Assembly: GCA_965645245.1 (NCBI GenBank)
Contig: OZ287080.1
Location: forward strand, 496,001 to 560,000
From: Massalongia carnosa
Lineage: Eukaryota
DNA: 64,000 nt
Reading direction: 5' to 3'
The position numbers and the translations under genes are program-made. Below the pieces are notes generated by a model. The model saw only the letters and a list, made by a program, of their open reading frames with translations. It ran no database searches and was not told where the DNA came from. Shown here piece after piece: positions 1 through 12,136 of this stretch (the first letter of the stretch is position 1; the number at the start of each line of letters is the position of its first letter).

Positions 1-502
1 CTCAATTCTGGAAGACTATAGAAACTCAAAGTGTTGTTGCACAAAACACACACTTTCTTGACTCCTGATAATGGCAATACTTGCTGGACCCCTGAGAAAG
101 GTTGGGTAATGCTTGAAGGCTGTGTAAACTTCGGTTGAAGTCTTGATGCAAAGATAAAGGTTGAACCCCGAAACTCATCGGATGGATCTACTGGAATATA
201 GACAAAATGCAAAATTTCAGCTGCAGAGGTGCCAACGTACAGGTTATCCTCTAAGATAGTAACTATACATTAGCAATCTTAGATTCATCACAAAGGAAGC
301 CATAAGTAATAAACTGATAAGGAGCAGTCAGCCAATAGAGTGACTAACCCCAAAGCTCCACGCATGTAATCCGAGGTTTTCGATCAATGCCTTCAGCTGC
401 AAGAGGGACGTTTTCCACAATGCTTCTAAGTACATATGAGTCCTCTGAAGCATGCTTCACCTTGGATTTTTCGGGTAGCTTAGACGCTACCTCATTTGTC
501 AT
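1..502 (-). CDS. 5' part of a Vps3/Vps39-like (TGFBRAP1-like) CNH-domain protein; runs off the window edge
   Basis: ATG at 502. Exon 502-349, GT-AG intron 348-251, exon 250-1. Translation includes YVLRSIVENVPL...ITCVELW/EDNLYVGTSAAEILHF...FASRLQP, matching the N-terminal CNH domain of fungal Vps3-like proteins. Confidence 0.75.
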
Positions 503-787
503 TGTAACCAGAAATCACCGGGGCTTTAGTCCGGATTGAAAAATGAAAGATTCCTCCTAGGTGTTGGAGATAAATATAAAGACATTGATAGGTAACTACC
601 TACCGGAGCTACGCGTTGTCTAACAATAGGTTGACCCATCGGAGAAATCGCTCCGAAGCTCCGTTAAAGTACAGAGTTCAGTATTCCACAACACTACGAC
701 CGAGCGTGCTATCACTACGTCTGAGTTTAAGGTTCTTGAGGGATATCTAGGACCCGACTTGAAATATACAAAAATAATTCATGCGTC

Positions 788-3292
788 ATGAATAGTTCTG
801 CTTCAATGGAGGCCAAAGCCCCCTTTGACGATGACCAGAATGGGTTGGGAGAGAGTAATAGCCCAGTGATAGACGCTACGACCTCGATTATAAGTAATGG
901 GGCACCTGGAACTTTACATGGAGAAAACAAGTTTCAAAGCGCCATCTCAGCATGGAGAAGTGAGCCTTGGGGATACTCAATGACAGTGCCCACACCGACT
1001 GACTATAATTATTTCAGACATTGATCTTACCAAGCTCGTTCCAGAACTTGACATTACAGCGTCGGATATAGTTTCTCATCAGCGAGAAACTTTACTTTCA
1101 CGAAAGGATTTAGCTCAAAAGACGAAGGATTTCAGAAAACTGGATGACGCGGCCAAGCTATTGGAATTGAAGTCTCTTCTGAAAGGTATCCTTGCAGTGC
1201 TCTGAAGTTGGCCATAGGCTAATATTTCTGCGTAGCATATCAATCGTTCATTGATCTTCTGACGGGTCACGGAAAAACTACGTCCTCAGCATTTCTACAG
1301 CTATACTCTTCGATCTCCGAGGCTCCAGATCCATATCCACTCCTCGAAGCATCGGTCGACGCTCTTCTATTATCCGAAGATACCTTACCAAAGATAAACT
1401 CCGAAAATAAACACTTACAGAAAACTGTGGTTAATCTAACGAACCAGCTTGATATTTGCGATCGGAGGTTAGAGGAGGAACGCGCTGCACGGAAGGAGTT
1501 AGAGGACTCGCGGGAATCTAAGCTAAGTGAGGTGGAGGCGTCTTGGAAAGCAGTTGTCGAGGAGAAACGAGATAACTGGGAGGCCAAGGAGCGGAGTTTA
1601 GAAGAGAAAATCGAGAGTCAGGATCGCCTTCTGAACGAGTTGAAAGCCAGCTTCGAGGTTGCACAGCGATTAGGACATGCCGATAGCCAAAGCGACAATC
1701 GGCAAAACTCCGCCAGCCTTGCGGAGTTGGAGATTGTGAGCTCAGATCTTGACAGAACAAGTCAAAGGTTGGCCGAAGTTGAAGCAAGGAATGAACAACT
1801 TCGAGTGGAGCTTGCAGAAGCCTCGTCGAATAGTCATAGAAAGCCTGTAATAGAGGAGGACCCGATAAACGCACGTCTAAGATCTGAGAATTCTTCTTTG
1901 CTTCGAAAAGTAGACACAGTTCGGCTAGAAAAGGATTCAGAGACCAGACGATGGGAAAATCGAATTCGCACCTTAGAAAGAGATATCCAGACATTGCAAC
2001 ATGACAGAGAAAGCCTTCGCGAGCGACTTCATTTGTGGCGTGACTATCCGGATATCAAACGGGAGTTGGAGATATTCAAGGTATGGCCCCCAACCTATAT
2101 GAGGAATTAATTTGATGGGTTGCCTCAGTCCATCGAATTGTCGTCTCTTGATGACGATGATGCAATCATCTATTCCATCCCTAATGTCCACCACCCTATC
2201 TTGAACGAGCTTGGTCAAGGTAATGGTGTCGCGAAGGAAGATCGAAAGGAGACGCTCGAGCAGTTGCTTCTTGCCAGGAACAAAAAGATCAGCAACGAGA
2301 TGGCCGTGTTGAGAGTTGCTCATCAAGATCTACAGCAACAGCTACAGTCACTGCAAGAAAGCATGTCGCGTACGAACGCCGAGCTCGCGCAATCGCAGAA
2401 TCTCAATGCAACTTTGGAAGCAGATCTTACCAGAGTCCAACACGAGGCATCCAATACTTTCCCATCATCTGCAATGTCCACCACCGGCACTTACACATCC
2501 CGATATCCAACATCGACTTACAACGGAAACTCTTTGGGCAGTCGGCGAGGCCGGAGTTCGCCAACATCGTCGATAATATCTGGATTCGACCCTCAAAGTA
2601 GTTCTAGAACGACACTGGAAACTATACGTGCTGGTGAGGCCGTAGGTGGTGGGTCGGGAATACTCCCCATGATCCAGGCGCAAAGAGATCGCTTTAAGCA
2701 AAAGAACTCCCAACTCGAAGAAGAACTATCCAAGCAGTACACAACCGTATCCTCGTTGCGTCAAGAGATTGCTTCTTTGCAAAAGGATAACCTTAATTTG
2801 TATGAGAAATCACGGTATGCATCGTCATTCAACCGCGGACAGCAAGCCTCTTCGGCTTCCGCCTACTCACAAAATCCCAACTCCACAGCCATACAGATCT
2901 CATCCGACACACCATCGGGTCTTTCTCTTGACCGCTACCGTTCGGCTTACGAAGCTAATATTTCGCCTTTTGCTGCCTTTCGCGGACGGGAGTCCTCTCG
3001 TGCCTATAGACGTATGAGCTTGCCAGAACGAGTTGTATTCTCGATTACACGCATGGTGCTCGCCAATCGCACAAGTAGGAACCTTTTCGCTGGATACTGC
3101 TTTGCGCTGCATATCTTAATTTTTGTGATGTTGTACTGGATGCAGACGGTTGACGTGGTGAAGCATGCCAGCAATCTTAGTGAAGCTGCTTCCGCTATCG
3201 TAGCCGGCGGGGGCGCCCTAGCTGGGAACCCAGGCGCAGACGCTCAGCATGGGAGTTGGCATCAAGAAGATTTTCGAGCAAATCCTACATGA
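788..3292 (+). CDS. COY1: Golgi coiled-coil membrane protein CASP/Coy1
   Basis: Exons ~788-959, 1018-1185, 1236-2080, 2129-3292 with GT-AG introns. Contains RKDLAQKTKDFRKL, LLKAYQSFIDLL, a long coiled coil, the CASP C-terminal motifs ILPMIQAQRDRFK and LQKDNLNLYEK, and a C-terminal TM segment (FAGYCFALHILIFVMLY). Confidence 0.9.
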
Positions 3293-4709
3293 CCAGAGTC
3301 ACGTTTTACCGCATAAATTGGCAAGAGACCGACGTGTCGAGGTGCGCGTCGTGCCCCTTTGGCATAGTAAGCTCGGCTACCGTTGCGTTGTATAGTTCGA
3401 GGCATTTTGTTCAGAAAATAGGGTTAGCAACTGCAGCTGATATGGCGACCCTTCCATAAACTTACAGATGATATTCCTCTTCGTTCGACATTCGATGCTC
3501 ATTGGGCCAGCAGAGCGGTTGAGCCGCATCGTTGCAGAAGGCAAGCACTGGTCCACGACAATTCTCGATGCGGCCGCGACGGCCACTTAATCGGGTTGGC
3601 GTTAAGGTGGCGTAATTCATTGGACGACTGGTCTCTCAGATCATGTTCGAGGCCTTGAGCTGGTCGGTGGTCATTGGCTGTTTTTGCAAGCGCCCATGTT
3701 TTGACCGTGGCCGAAAGGTGCATCTGTCTCGGAAGTCAAAGTCTCGGCTGTCGGGATTTGCTTTTTGGACAGCGCTACAAAGAAAGGGCCGAGGCGCACA
3801 AATTTAGATGGCTGACGTGGAGCCTCTGTATTAGTAGATAGGTACTCCGTAGATCATCTGTCCAAGTCTCAGAGTACAGAGTACAGCACATCAAATGAAT
3901 ATCTGGATACGTACGAAAGATAAACTCAACGATACGTAGAGATGGGGGAGTGGACGGCCTTTGGGCTAGGCAGGGACCGTGCGAGGGTTGTAGAGTTCGG
4001 GGATTTTACGCTTGAGAAGGCCGATGGGACATTACCTGATTTACTATCCAATCACAATCCAGTTTTTCCAGACTCTAACTAAGGTTGGAGCTGTTAGATA
4101 GTCTAGTCATAACAGTCGAACGTTGGTGAAGCTCAAAAAAGCCGAGTAATAGGTATCTTTGTGGATGCTTTAATTAGGTATAATTAGTGGACTCTACGAG
4201 CAGATTGGGCCTCCATGTATTACATCCTCAACCTTAAACCTGATTTAGTTCCAAGCAATATCCATTTCGGAGTAGATTAGTCTGAATACGAGTCATTGAA
4301 GAAATCATTGGTCTTTGACGAGGGAGAAATTAGACATAATCCTCTCATTACAGCCAAGCCTGAGTGGATATAGTAGTAAGCCTCGAAGCCCGACGATACG
4401 ACGCTAGCTGTCGCTTTTTCAAGCGCCAGTTTGTTTTTAGATACACGATACCCTCATCTTGATTGCGTCCTTGTCCAGTACCAGTCTCCCGGTAAACGTC
4501 TCAACCCAGAATAGAATAGCCACCACCTCAATCATACTTGGTACATAAAACACCTCCGTGGCCCATCTTATCATGGAGGTCTCATTCTTAATTTTGTTCC
4601 CTTCTTTCCATCCTACCCATCTCTCTTCACCGTCGAGAGCATCTCTATCATCTTCCATTCAGTCTCGATACCACCAATCCCTCTTCGTCCTCCCCTCACC
4701 CTCACAATC

Positions 4710-5554
4710 ATGCAGTACCAACAATTCCTACTACCAGCCCTAGCTACGCTCGCAACGTCCGCCTCAATACAACGACGTAGCGAATCCGCCTGGCCTGCAC
4801 CAGTGCGGGAGTTCTTTGCGGCAGTCGGGTCAGATCTCAAAGATCTCAAAAACTCGACGATACCGGATTGCGACTTCTCCCACGCAAGCCTTCCCGAATC
4901 CGCCTTACCGCCTCCTTCAAGCAACCTCTCAGTCTACCACGTCGCTGTGGGTCGTGGAACCCAAGTGTGTAAACCTCATATTTCCCCCCTGTCGTTGGAA
5001 AGACTTCATCATTAACCTCTCCAAAGAATTACACATGCTCTTCTGCCAATGCCACCCCAACCCCCGTCGGTGCAATAGCAAGTCTCTACAACGCCTCGTG
5101 TCTCGCCTCCTCCCGCACCAACCTCCTCACCCTCTTGCCGCCTGCTGCCCTCGCCGTTCCAGCCCCGAAAGCAGGCGCGTCGCTCTTCCCTGCTAAACTC
5201 GCCTGTTCGGGTCAACACTATTTTCCCGACCCAAAAACTCCAACGTTCAACCTACACACCTCACTTGCGAACTACGGCATCTACTTCGCCAACCGCACCG
5301 CCAATGTCACCGCGCCGGCGAACGCGGCTAAGGGTGCCGATGGTGCGGCAGCAGTACCGTGGCTGAAGCTAAGCGTGTTGCCCCCCCCAGCGGACGCTAA
5401 TCCGGCGGATACGAAGGGCGGCGTGAGGGAGATTTATCGCGTGAACACCGCGGGAGGCAGCGCCCCAAAGACGTGCGAAGGGATGCCCTCGGAATTTGAA
5501 ATCGAGTATGCAGCGGAGTATTGGTTCTTGGCACCCGAGCAGGAACGGTCATGA
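4710..5554 (+). CDS. Secreted DUF3455-like protein
   Basis: Signal peptide MQYQQFLLPALATLATSA. Exon 4710-4964, intron 4965-5026, exon 5027-5554. Motifs VAVGRGTQ/NYTC, GQHYF, AVPWLKL, IYRVNTAGGSAP..C and YAAEYWF. Confidence 0.85.
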
Positions 5555-6338
5555 TAAGCAAAGGCGGACAACCATAAGTAAATAAATGCAAGAGGGCTTG
5601 GGAGGCTATTTTGTGTCCTCGATTTTCGGAAATGTGGGGGCGTTTTTATCATGGAAGCGAGAGGCATTCAAGGAATTAGCGATGGCATGCATACCCTGGG
5701 TGTTCTATCCCGCCTCGTATCCTTTGCTTTTGCCCTGTGCTCAGCCTTCAGCGAAAGAGTCTGAAGCGCCGAGAGGCTTACGTTTATGAAATCCTTAATC
5801 TATCTACATTCATCATCTCTTTTCTCTCTCTCTCTCTCTCTCTCGCACAAACAATGAAAGAAGAAAAAACCAAGAAATCATATCCGTTCTCGACTTGTGT
5901 CTTGAGATGGATAAATGACATGATGGAATGGCTACATACAGAGTAAGTACGTAGATAAATAAAATACCTGACCTGACCTGACCTGAAATGGCTACATCAT
6001 CTCTTCATCTCGATCGGTTCAATTTTTTTCTTTTCTTTTCCTTTTCCTTTTTTGGTTATTCCCTTTCTCCACTCAACTCGATACGATGCGATCCGGTTCC
6101 ATTCGTCATGTTTGGGATGGAGGTTGCGGATTTGGAGGGAGTTGGTTATCCGAACAGGAAAGAAGAGAATCAACCGGAGAGGAAGACACGACGATGAATT
6201 CTACAAGGGGGTATCTATCTATTTGATCTAAAACATGCATCCAAGAATAAAGAACATTAATTGGAAAAAGGGTGATATATCAACAATCCACCCCCCCCCC
6301 TCCATTCCCCCTTATCCCAACAAACGAAAGAAAAAAAA

Positions 6339-7810
6339 TCACAGAACCTTCTTCAGCCCGTGCTCGGGCTTATGGCTGGTTTCGTAATCCACATGCACAT
6401 ACGCCCTCTCGACATCAGGCAAGCTCTCAAGTTTGACCTGCAGGGCCTCGGCAACGTCATGGGCCGCGCGTAGGGTTTCAAGGGGCGCCATGACAACATC
6501 GACTTCGACGATGATGCGCGGACCGCTGTGGTAGGCGCGCACCGTATCGAGGGCGAGGATGAGGGGGGAATGCGTCATTGCTTTTCGGGGATTGGGGTTA
6601 GCGTTGATGAAGGTGTGGGGAATAAGCGGGGTTTGGGGTGGGGGGGGAACATACATATATATGTGATCCACTGCTGCATTTGCGTGTCGGCCGTGACGCC
6701 AATGAGCAATTGAAACTCGGCGTATGCAGTGCGCAGCCAGAGAACTGAGATGAGGCACGAGAGCACGATGGCGCCCATAGGGTCGAGCCACCAGGCAAGC
6801 TTACTGCCGCCAGTGGAGGTGAGCAGGCCGGAGCCGTTGATGAAAAGGTCATTTCGGTGGTCCTCCCACAGAATACGGATCTGCGAGTAGCTGTTACGCA
6901 GCGCCCAGCAGTAGAGAAATAAGACAAGCTTCGTGCAGAAGGCTATTGCGACAGCAATGACGGAGGGCAGATGGAATGATTTCACGCCTGATTTGTTGCG
7001 TGGCGCACCTTGGGCGAGTTCCATGGCTGAGAGCACGATGATGATGCTTGAGACGGCGGTCATGAGGAAGCAGAAGACAATGTTGCCGGCTGTTTCGATG
7101 CGGGCTTTTCCTGACGGAAACCGACAGGGGTCGACGGTTTTGACAGCGCGGGCGCAGACAATAAGGGTGATGTTGGACATCGGGTCGAAGATTGCGTCGG
7201 CCATGGTGGTGAAGAGGGATAAGGAGCCCGAGGAGATGGCACCGTAGAGCTGCAGCACGGCAAGCAAAATGTTGGCCGCAAAGGAGCCATTGACGGCGAT
7301 TTTGAACTTGAGCTGGTTGTCGCCTGCAAACTCCTTAGCTAGGCGGATGTGCTCGTCGACGGGTTTCAACCAGCGATGAATATTCTCGTTTTGGCTCTCG
7401 TAAAAGTGCTGCAGCTTCTTGGCTTTAGTGGCGGCTCTGTTAATGGTGATAGGGCCATAGCCATCACGCTTACGGGAGGTGTTGGCGCGGATCAGGTTGA
7501 TTTCGCTCGAGGTCTTGAGACGGGACGAGAGCTGGTACGGGTCGTTTTCGCGCGTATAGCAAGGGGCGGGCTGCGCACCTTCGACGTCGGTCAGGATCGA
7601 TGCTTGAGTGGTGGGGTGGCGGGAGATGGGATCGTGGTCAATGGATGGTTGGGATTGGGGTTCGAATGAAGTGCTCGTTGCACGGATGGAGGGAGAAGTT
7701 GAATGAGTGAGCATAGGCGTTAGGGTTTCATTCCTTTGTGGTGGAGATGGAAGGCAGAATGAATGGCTATGAAGATTTATGCTCTGCGGAGGGCCTGTGG
7801 AGGTAGTCAT
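6339..7810 (-). CDS. Cation diffusion facilitator transporter, probably Mn-CDF (MTP8/11-like) clade
   Basis: Exon 7810-6655, intron 6654-6581, exon 6580-6339. DxxxD metal-site motifs DAIFD and DHRND, several TM helices, and C-terminal dimerisation domain (HDVAEALQVKLESLPDVERAYVHVDYE). Start codon could instead be the downstream ATG near 7714. Confidence 0.9.
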
Positions 7811-8305
7811 GCTGCGATGAAGTCTTGGCTATTGGTCTTTGATAGTAATGTCATGTCGATGATCATGAGAATGGTGACTGGGTTGTCATCTGCATCTAAA
7901 CATGCTGCTATGCGATTACAAATTGTCAATATCTTTTTGTTTATTTCAGCATAACTGATTTGATCTTATTCGTAATAAATCGCTTAAATCAAGAGCTTTC
8001 TCGTCTTACAACGATGCTTTTTGACTCGCTGATTTAGAATTTTTAAATACCTCTGTAGTCTTTATAATAAAGAAATCGAAAGAATATATCACAATCGGCC
8101 TCACTTAATGCTAGCCAGTCATACAATCAGGATCAGTCATATAATGAAAATTCATAAATTTCTACTCATTATCTTTAAAAAATTCTTTTGTTGATGTTCT
8201 AAATTGTGGTCAAGCAGTTGATGACTGCGATTACCCAATTAAGTTACTTGCATTTTAGGAGTTCAGATAAAATCTTTGCAGATAATGAACTATCCCTTTT
8301 AAATA

Positions 8306-8905
8306 GGGAACTAATACCGGGACACCCCTTAACCCTCATTCTCTAGGTTAACACCCCCAAGTAAGCTAACTCGATTGAGTATAAATTTCCCTCGGACGCA
8401 GAAACAACTGAAGAAAAATTCAGGCGTTTTAGACAGTCGTTTGATGCTTTCTCGATGATCGTTTTCAATGAATTGAGCTTCATTTCGTATTTACATTCGA
8501 AAGGCCTGAAACAAATCCACTTCATCTACTTCAATCGATTGGATAGCTTCACCGGAGACCACCTCTTCATCTTGTGACGGCTCATCATTCCTCTCTCTGC
8601 CCCGTCCTCGACCTCGCCTCCGCCTCGGAGGCCCATTCAACATTTCCTCGACATGTTCGAACCCTGATAACTCCCGTTGAGTAGAGTTAGCAGCCTTTCG
8701 TTGCTCTTTCCGATTGTAGAGTAAACGCATCGCGATTGTAGGACGCTCTATGAAATGCATACAGGTATGAGTGCAGAAATTTTCTAAGTTCCAGCTCCGG
8801 AACGGATAAACTACCCAATCGGGTTAGCTTACTTTGGGGTGTTAACCTAGAGAATGAGGGTGTCACGTGTCAAGGTAGTGAAAAGGTGTCCCGGTATTAG
8901 TTCCC
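8306..8905. mobile_element. 600-bp non-autonomous TIR element, likely an internally deleted Mutator/MULE
   Basis: Perfect 21-bp terminal inverted repeat GGGAACTAATACCGGGACACC at both ends, then a 39-bp inverted block with one mismatch. Internal minus-strand peptide STQRELSGFEHVE...RGRGRGR resembles a MULE transposase C-terminus. No clean 9-bp TSD (ttttaaata vs tttcattaa). Confidence 0.8.
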
Positions 8906-9038
8906 TTTCATTAAGAGTAGTCCATCGCCCGATGTCGTTAGGAGTCCAAGATATTCCATGCCATGATTCGATACCAGAGGTCTCTTGTTCCCAGATGAAT
9001 ATGTAATCACTCCGGATGAACGAGGAAACACCTTGAAG

Positions 9039-9040
9039 GA

Positions 9041-9080
<40 letters not shown>
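9039..9080. repeat. (GAAA)n microsatellite
   Basis: About 10 tandem GAAA units read directly. Confidence 0.95.
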
Positions 9081-9693
9081 CTTTCACCTGCCATTGCTTG
9101 ATCGAGCTCATTCTTTCAGTACCAATTCATTCGTTGTTATTGCAGACTAGACGCGGCAAATCTTTGCTTCTGAACTTCATCTGAAAGAAACCGTCGAAGA
9201 GTTTCAAGATTGAATCATCACGGGTAATACTTGGATTGAAGTACTTTTATTGGTGATCCTAATATTCGTAATATTTCTGATCGTGTACAGAGTAATGCTG
9301 TCTTGCTCTAATCCCATGCCTGCTATTTTTAATCGCTGGACATATCACAGTCTATTGATGCGTTGGCAGGACCGTAGAAAGGTTGCTAGCGAAGGTAGGC
9401 TCGGAGATGTATTTGCTGTAAATTTGGTTATAACCTCCTGCTCCCCGAAGAATGGGATCCCCATATCTTGCAAGACTTCATGAACCTCCTAGCCTTGCTT
9501 TTGATTTGACGCCCAGGAGCACTAAGCCCAGAGGGTGCTAGTATAGTATTACATAATGCCTAATTTCTTGCCTTTCTTTCCCCAACTCTTCGCCAATTTT
9601 TGCACTCAGTTTTCTTGACGAAAATTCGGTTTGGTCTCCAGTAGTAAGACCCCGATTCGCGACGAGACCTAGCCTGGCGCCTTCTGTCATGAC

Positions 9694-12136
9694 ATGGTCA
9701 ATCTTTCGCAAGATGACCCTACTGTCATCGCAAAGCATCCTTTGGACAACTCTCTAGACCATTTACAAGATGAACTTCAAAAGGCAGAGGAGTTCTACAA
9801 GTCGGGCTCCACCTCTTGTAATGGAGCTGTCGATACTTTTGACCATGAATCTTTCAAGGCAATATTGAAACTTCTTAATATCCTGCGGGGTCACGAGGCT
9901 GCCTTTAATCTTCGTTCAAAGAATGGAATGGAGATATAGCTTCTGAGCTAGATACACTCCACAGACGCGTCCGGACTGGTGATTTCAATTACAAAACTTA
10001 TCACACGCTATCAGAATTAGTCATCAAGAAGGCATCGGACTTCGATATTTGGAATGCCGTCTTCGATCTTGTTACTACACTCCGAATAACCCCTCCTCCA
10101 AGTATTCCTGCCTCGTTCGACGGCACACCCATCACGCATTCCTCCGCGTCGCAGCAGGGTAGCGAACAAACTCGCCGAGCCGTGGAAGAAAGGATTTTCG
10201 AGGAAATTAAGGGTTGCACATTTCGGAATGTGGAAGGATTCTTTCCGAAATATTTTGAAGGAAAAGATTGGACTGAGCGTACTAAGGAGATTTATCGAGC
10301 CGTGCAACATCGACATGTCAATGGCAGGTGGATTGATATCCCTGATCCACCAGTGCAGAACGCTCTTCTCGAATGGTGGTTCGCTTTTCAGAAGAAGTTT
10401 CTGACCGATGCTCGAGGTGTTTACTATACAAGCGAGAGTAGCAAAGACCTCACTGGTGCTGAAGCTCGACGTCAACTTGATGTCTTTGTCAAGTCTAACG
10501 ACGACAACATTTCGAAGATCGTACATGACTGGAAGGACGTTGAAGTAATTGGCGAACTTAGAGAGTCTGATAAAGAGTGGAAAGTGAAACTGCTTCAACT
10601 TGGCCGGTACATGCGTGATGTCTTTGCCACTCAGCCAACTCGTCGATTTATTCACGGATTTACTCTCCTCGGATCTATCATGGAACTTTGGATATTCGAT
10701 CGCTCCGGTCCTTACAGCTCAGGACTCTTCGATATTCACAAGGAACCTGAGCAATTTATCAGAGCTATTGCAGGATATACGATGATGAGCGATGAAGAGC
10801 TAGGCTTGGATACGTTCACAGGCCTGAACGCAGGAAATCGATCTATCACCATCACCGAAGATGTGACTAACAAGGAGAGAAGTCTACAGCTCAAGCCGGA
10901 TCTTATTGCATATCAGCGGGCAATTGTCTGTCGTGGCACTTCTTGCTTTCATGCCGGGGTTTCAGGCGCTAAGGATCTGCAGTATGTCGTTAAATTCTCC
11001 TGGACATCCGATAAACGGCAACCTGAAGCAGATCTCCTCCAATTAGCGCGCGAGAGAGGAGTAAAGGGAGTCGCCAAACTGTTCGGTCATCATTGCATCA
11101 TCAGCATTGCGGATATGCGCGAAGGATTGACTTTCCCCACTCATACTCTTTTCGAAACGCTACCTTAACTCCATCGTCTTCCTTTTCACAGTCTCAACCA
11201 CAGGCCCTCCTCCATCGATCGTTCAGCCAGCTTCATGGTCTAAGCATCGCTAGAGGTTCTCCGAGAAAACGAAAATCCGTCGACGTCGGAGGGAGGTCGT
11301 CCAAAAGACCAAAATCCAACAGCCAGAGATCAGATCAGCCCCATCAAGACAACAACAAGATGACCTATGCCACGGAAGAAAAGCAGGCGACGAGCCTGTA
11401 TGCCCATGATGAGAATTCCTTCGACAACCGGATTTTTCGTTGCTTGGTGATCTCACCAGCAGGTCGGGCGGTCCGTGACTTTAGGTCAATCAAAGAGCTG
11501 CTCGAGGCGCTTCGCGACGCAATCAAGGCACATAGATCCTTATATCTCATGGGCAATATTCTGCACAGGGACATATCGGAGAACAATATCATCATAACAG
11601 ATCCAGAGAAGGCTGACGGCTTTACGGGCATGCTAATCGACCTTGATTTGGCCAAGGAGATTGGTAGCGGGCGAAGCGGCGCACGGCATCAGACAGGCAC
11701 AATGGAATTTATGGCGATCGAAGTGCTACGCAAAGTTGCCCACACTTATCGACATGACCTCGAATCATTCTTCTACGTACTTCTGTGGATTTGTGGTCGT
11801 CATGCGTGAGAAAAATATGAGTCTTGGTTTGAAGGGCGACCCAAGCATAGTCGATTGGCGAAGTGGTATACCGGCAGCTATGATGATATTGCGGACACAA
11901 ATGAACATCACATGGGTGTTAGTGGGTTCAAAATCATTTTGGAGGAATTTCCACAGCCACTCCACTGCGTCAAGCCTTTATGTAGAGAGATACGAGGAAT
12001 ACTATTTCCTCTCATCAAAGAGGGAGAGCTGGACACCGGAACTCAACCGGATCCAGAGAAGCTATACCAGCCGATAATCAAGGCCTTTGACAAGGCCATA
12101 GCTGGCTTAGCCAGTCCAGAAGGGAGTTCGGGATAG
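9694..12136 (+). pseudogene. FunK1 (fungal-type) protein kinase, disrupted
   Basis: Motifs VIGELR, RRFIHGFTL, FDRSG, IVCRGTSCF, VVKFSW, LHRDISENN, LIDLDLA, TGTMEFMA and HTYRHDLESFFYV. Frameshifts near 9927 and 11135, and an in-frame TGA at 11807-11809 where Trp is expected; the frame continues to the stop at 12136. No introns seen. Confidence 0.85.

Noticed and set aside
11807..11809. Programmed readthrough or selenocysteine TGA in the FunK1 kinase
   Set aside because: The position fits Trp (TGG to TGA) and the gene also has two frameshifts, so pseudogenisation is simpler.
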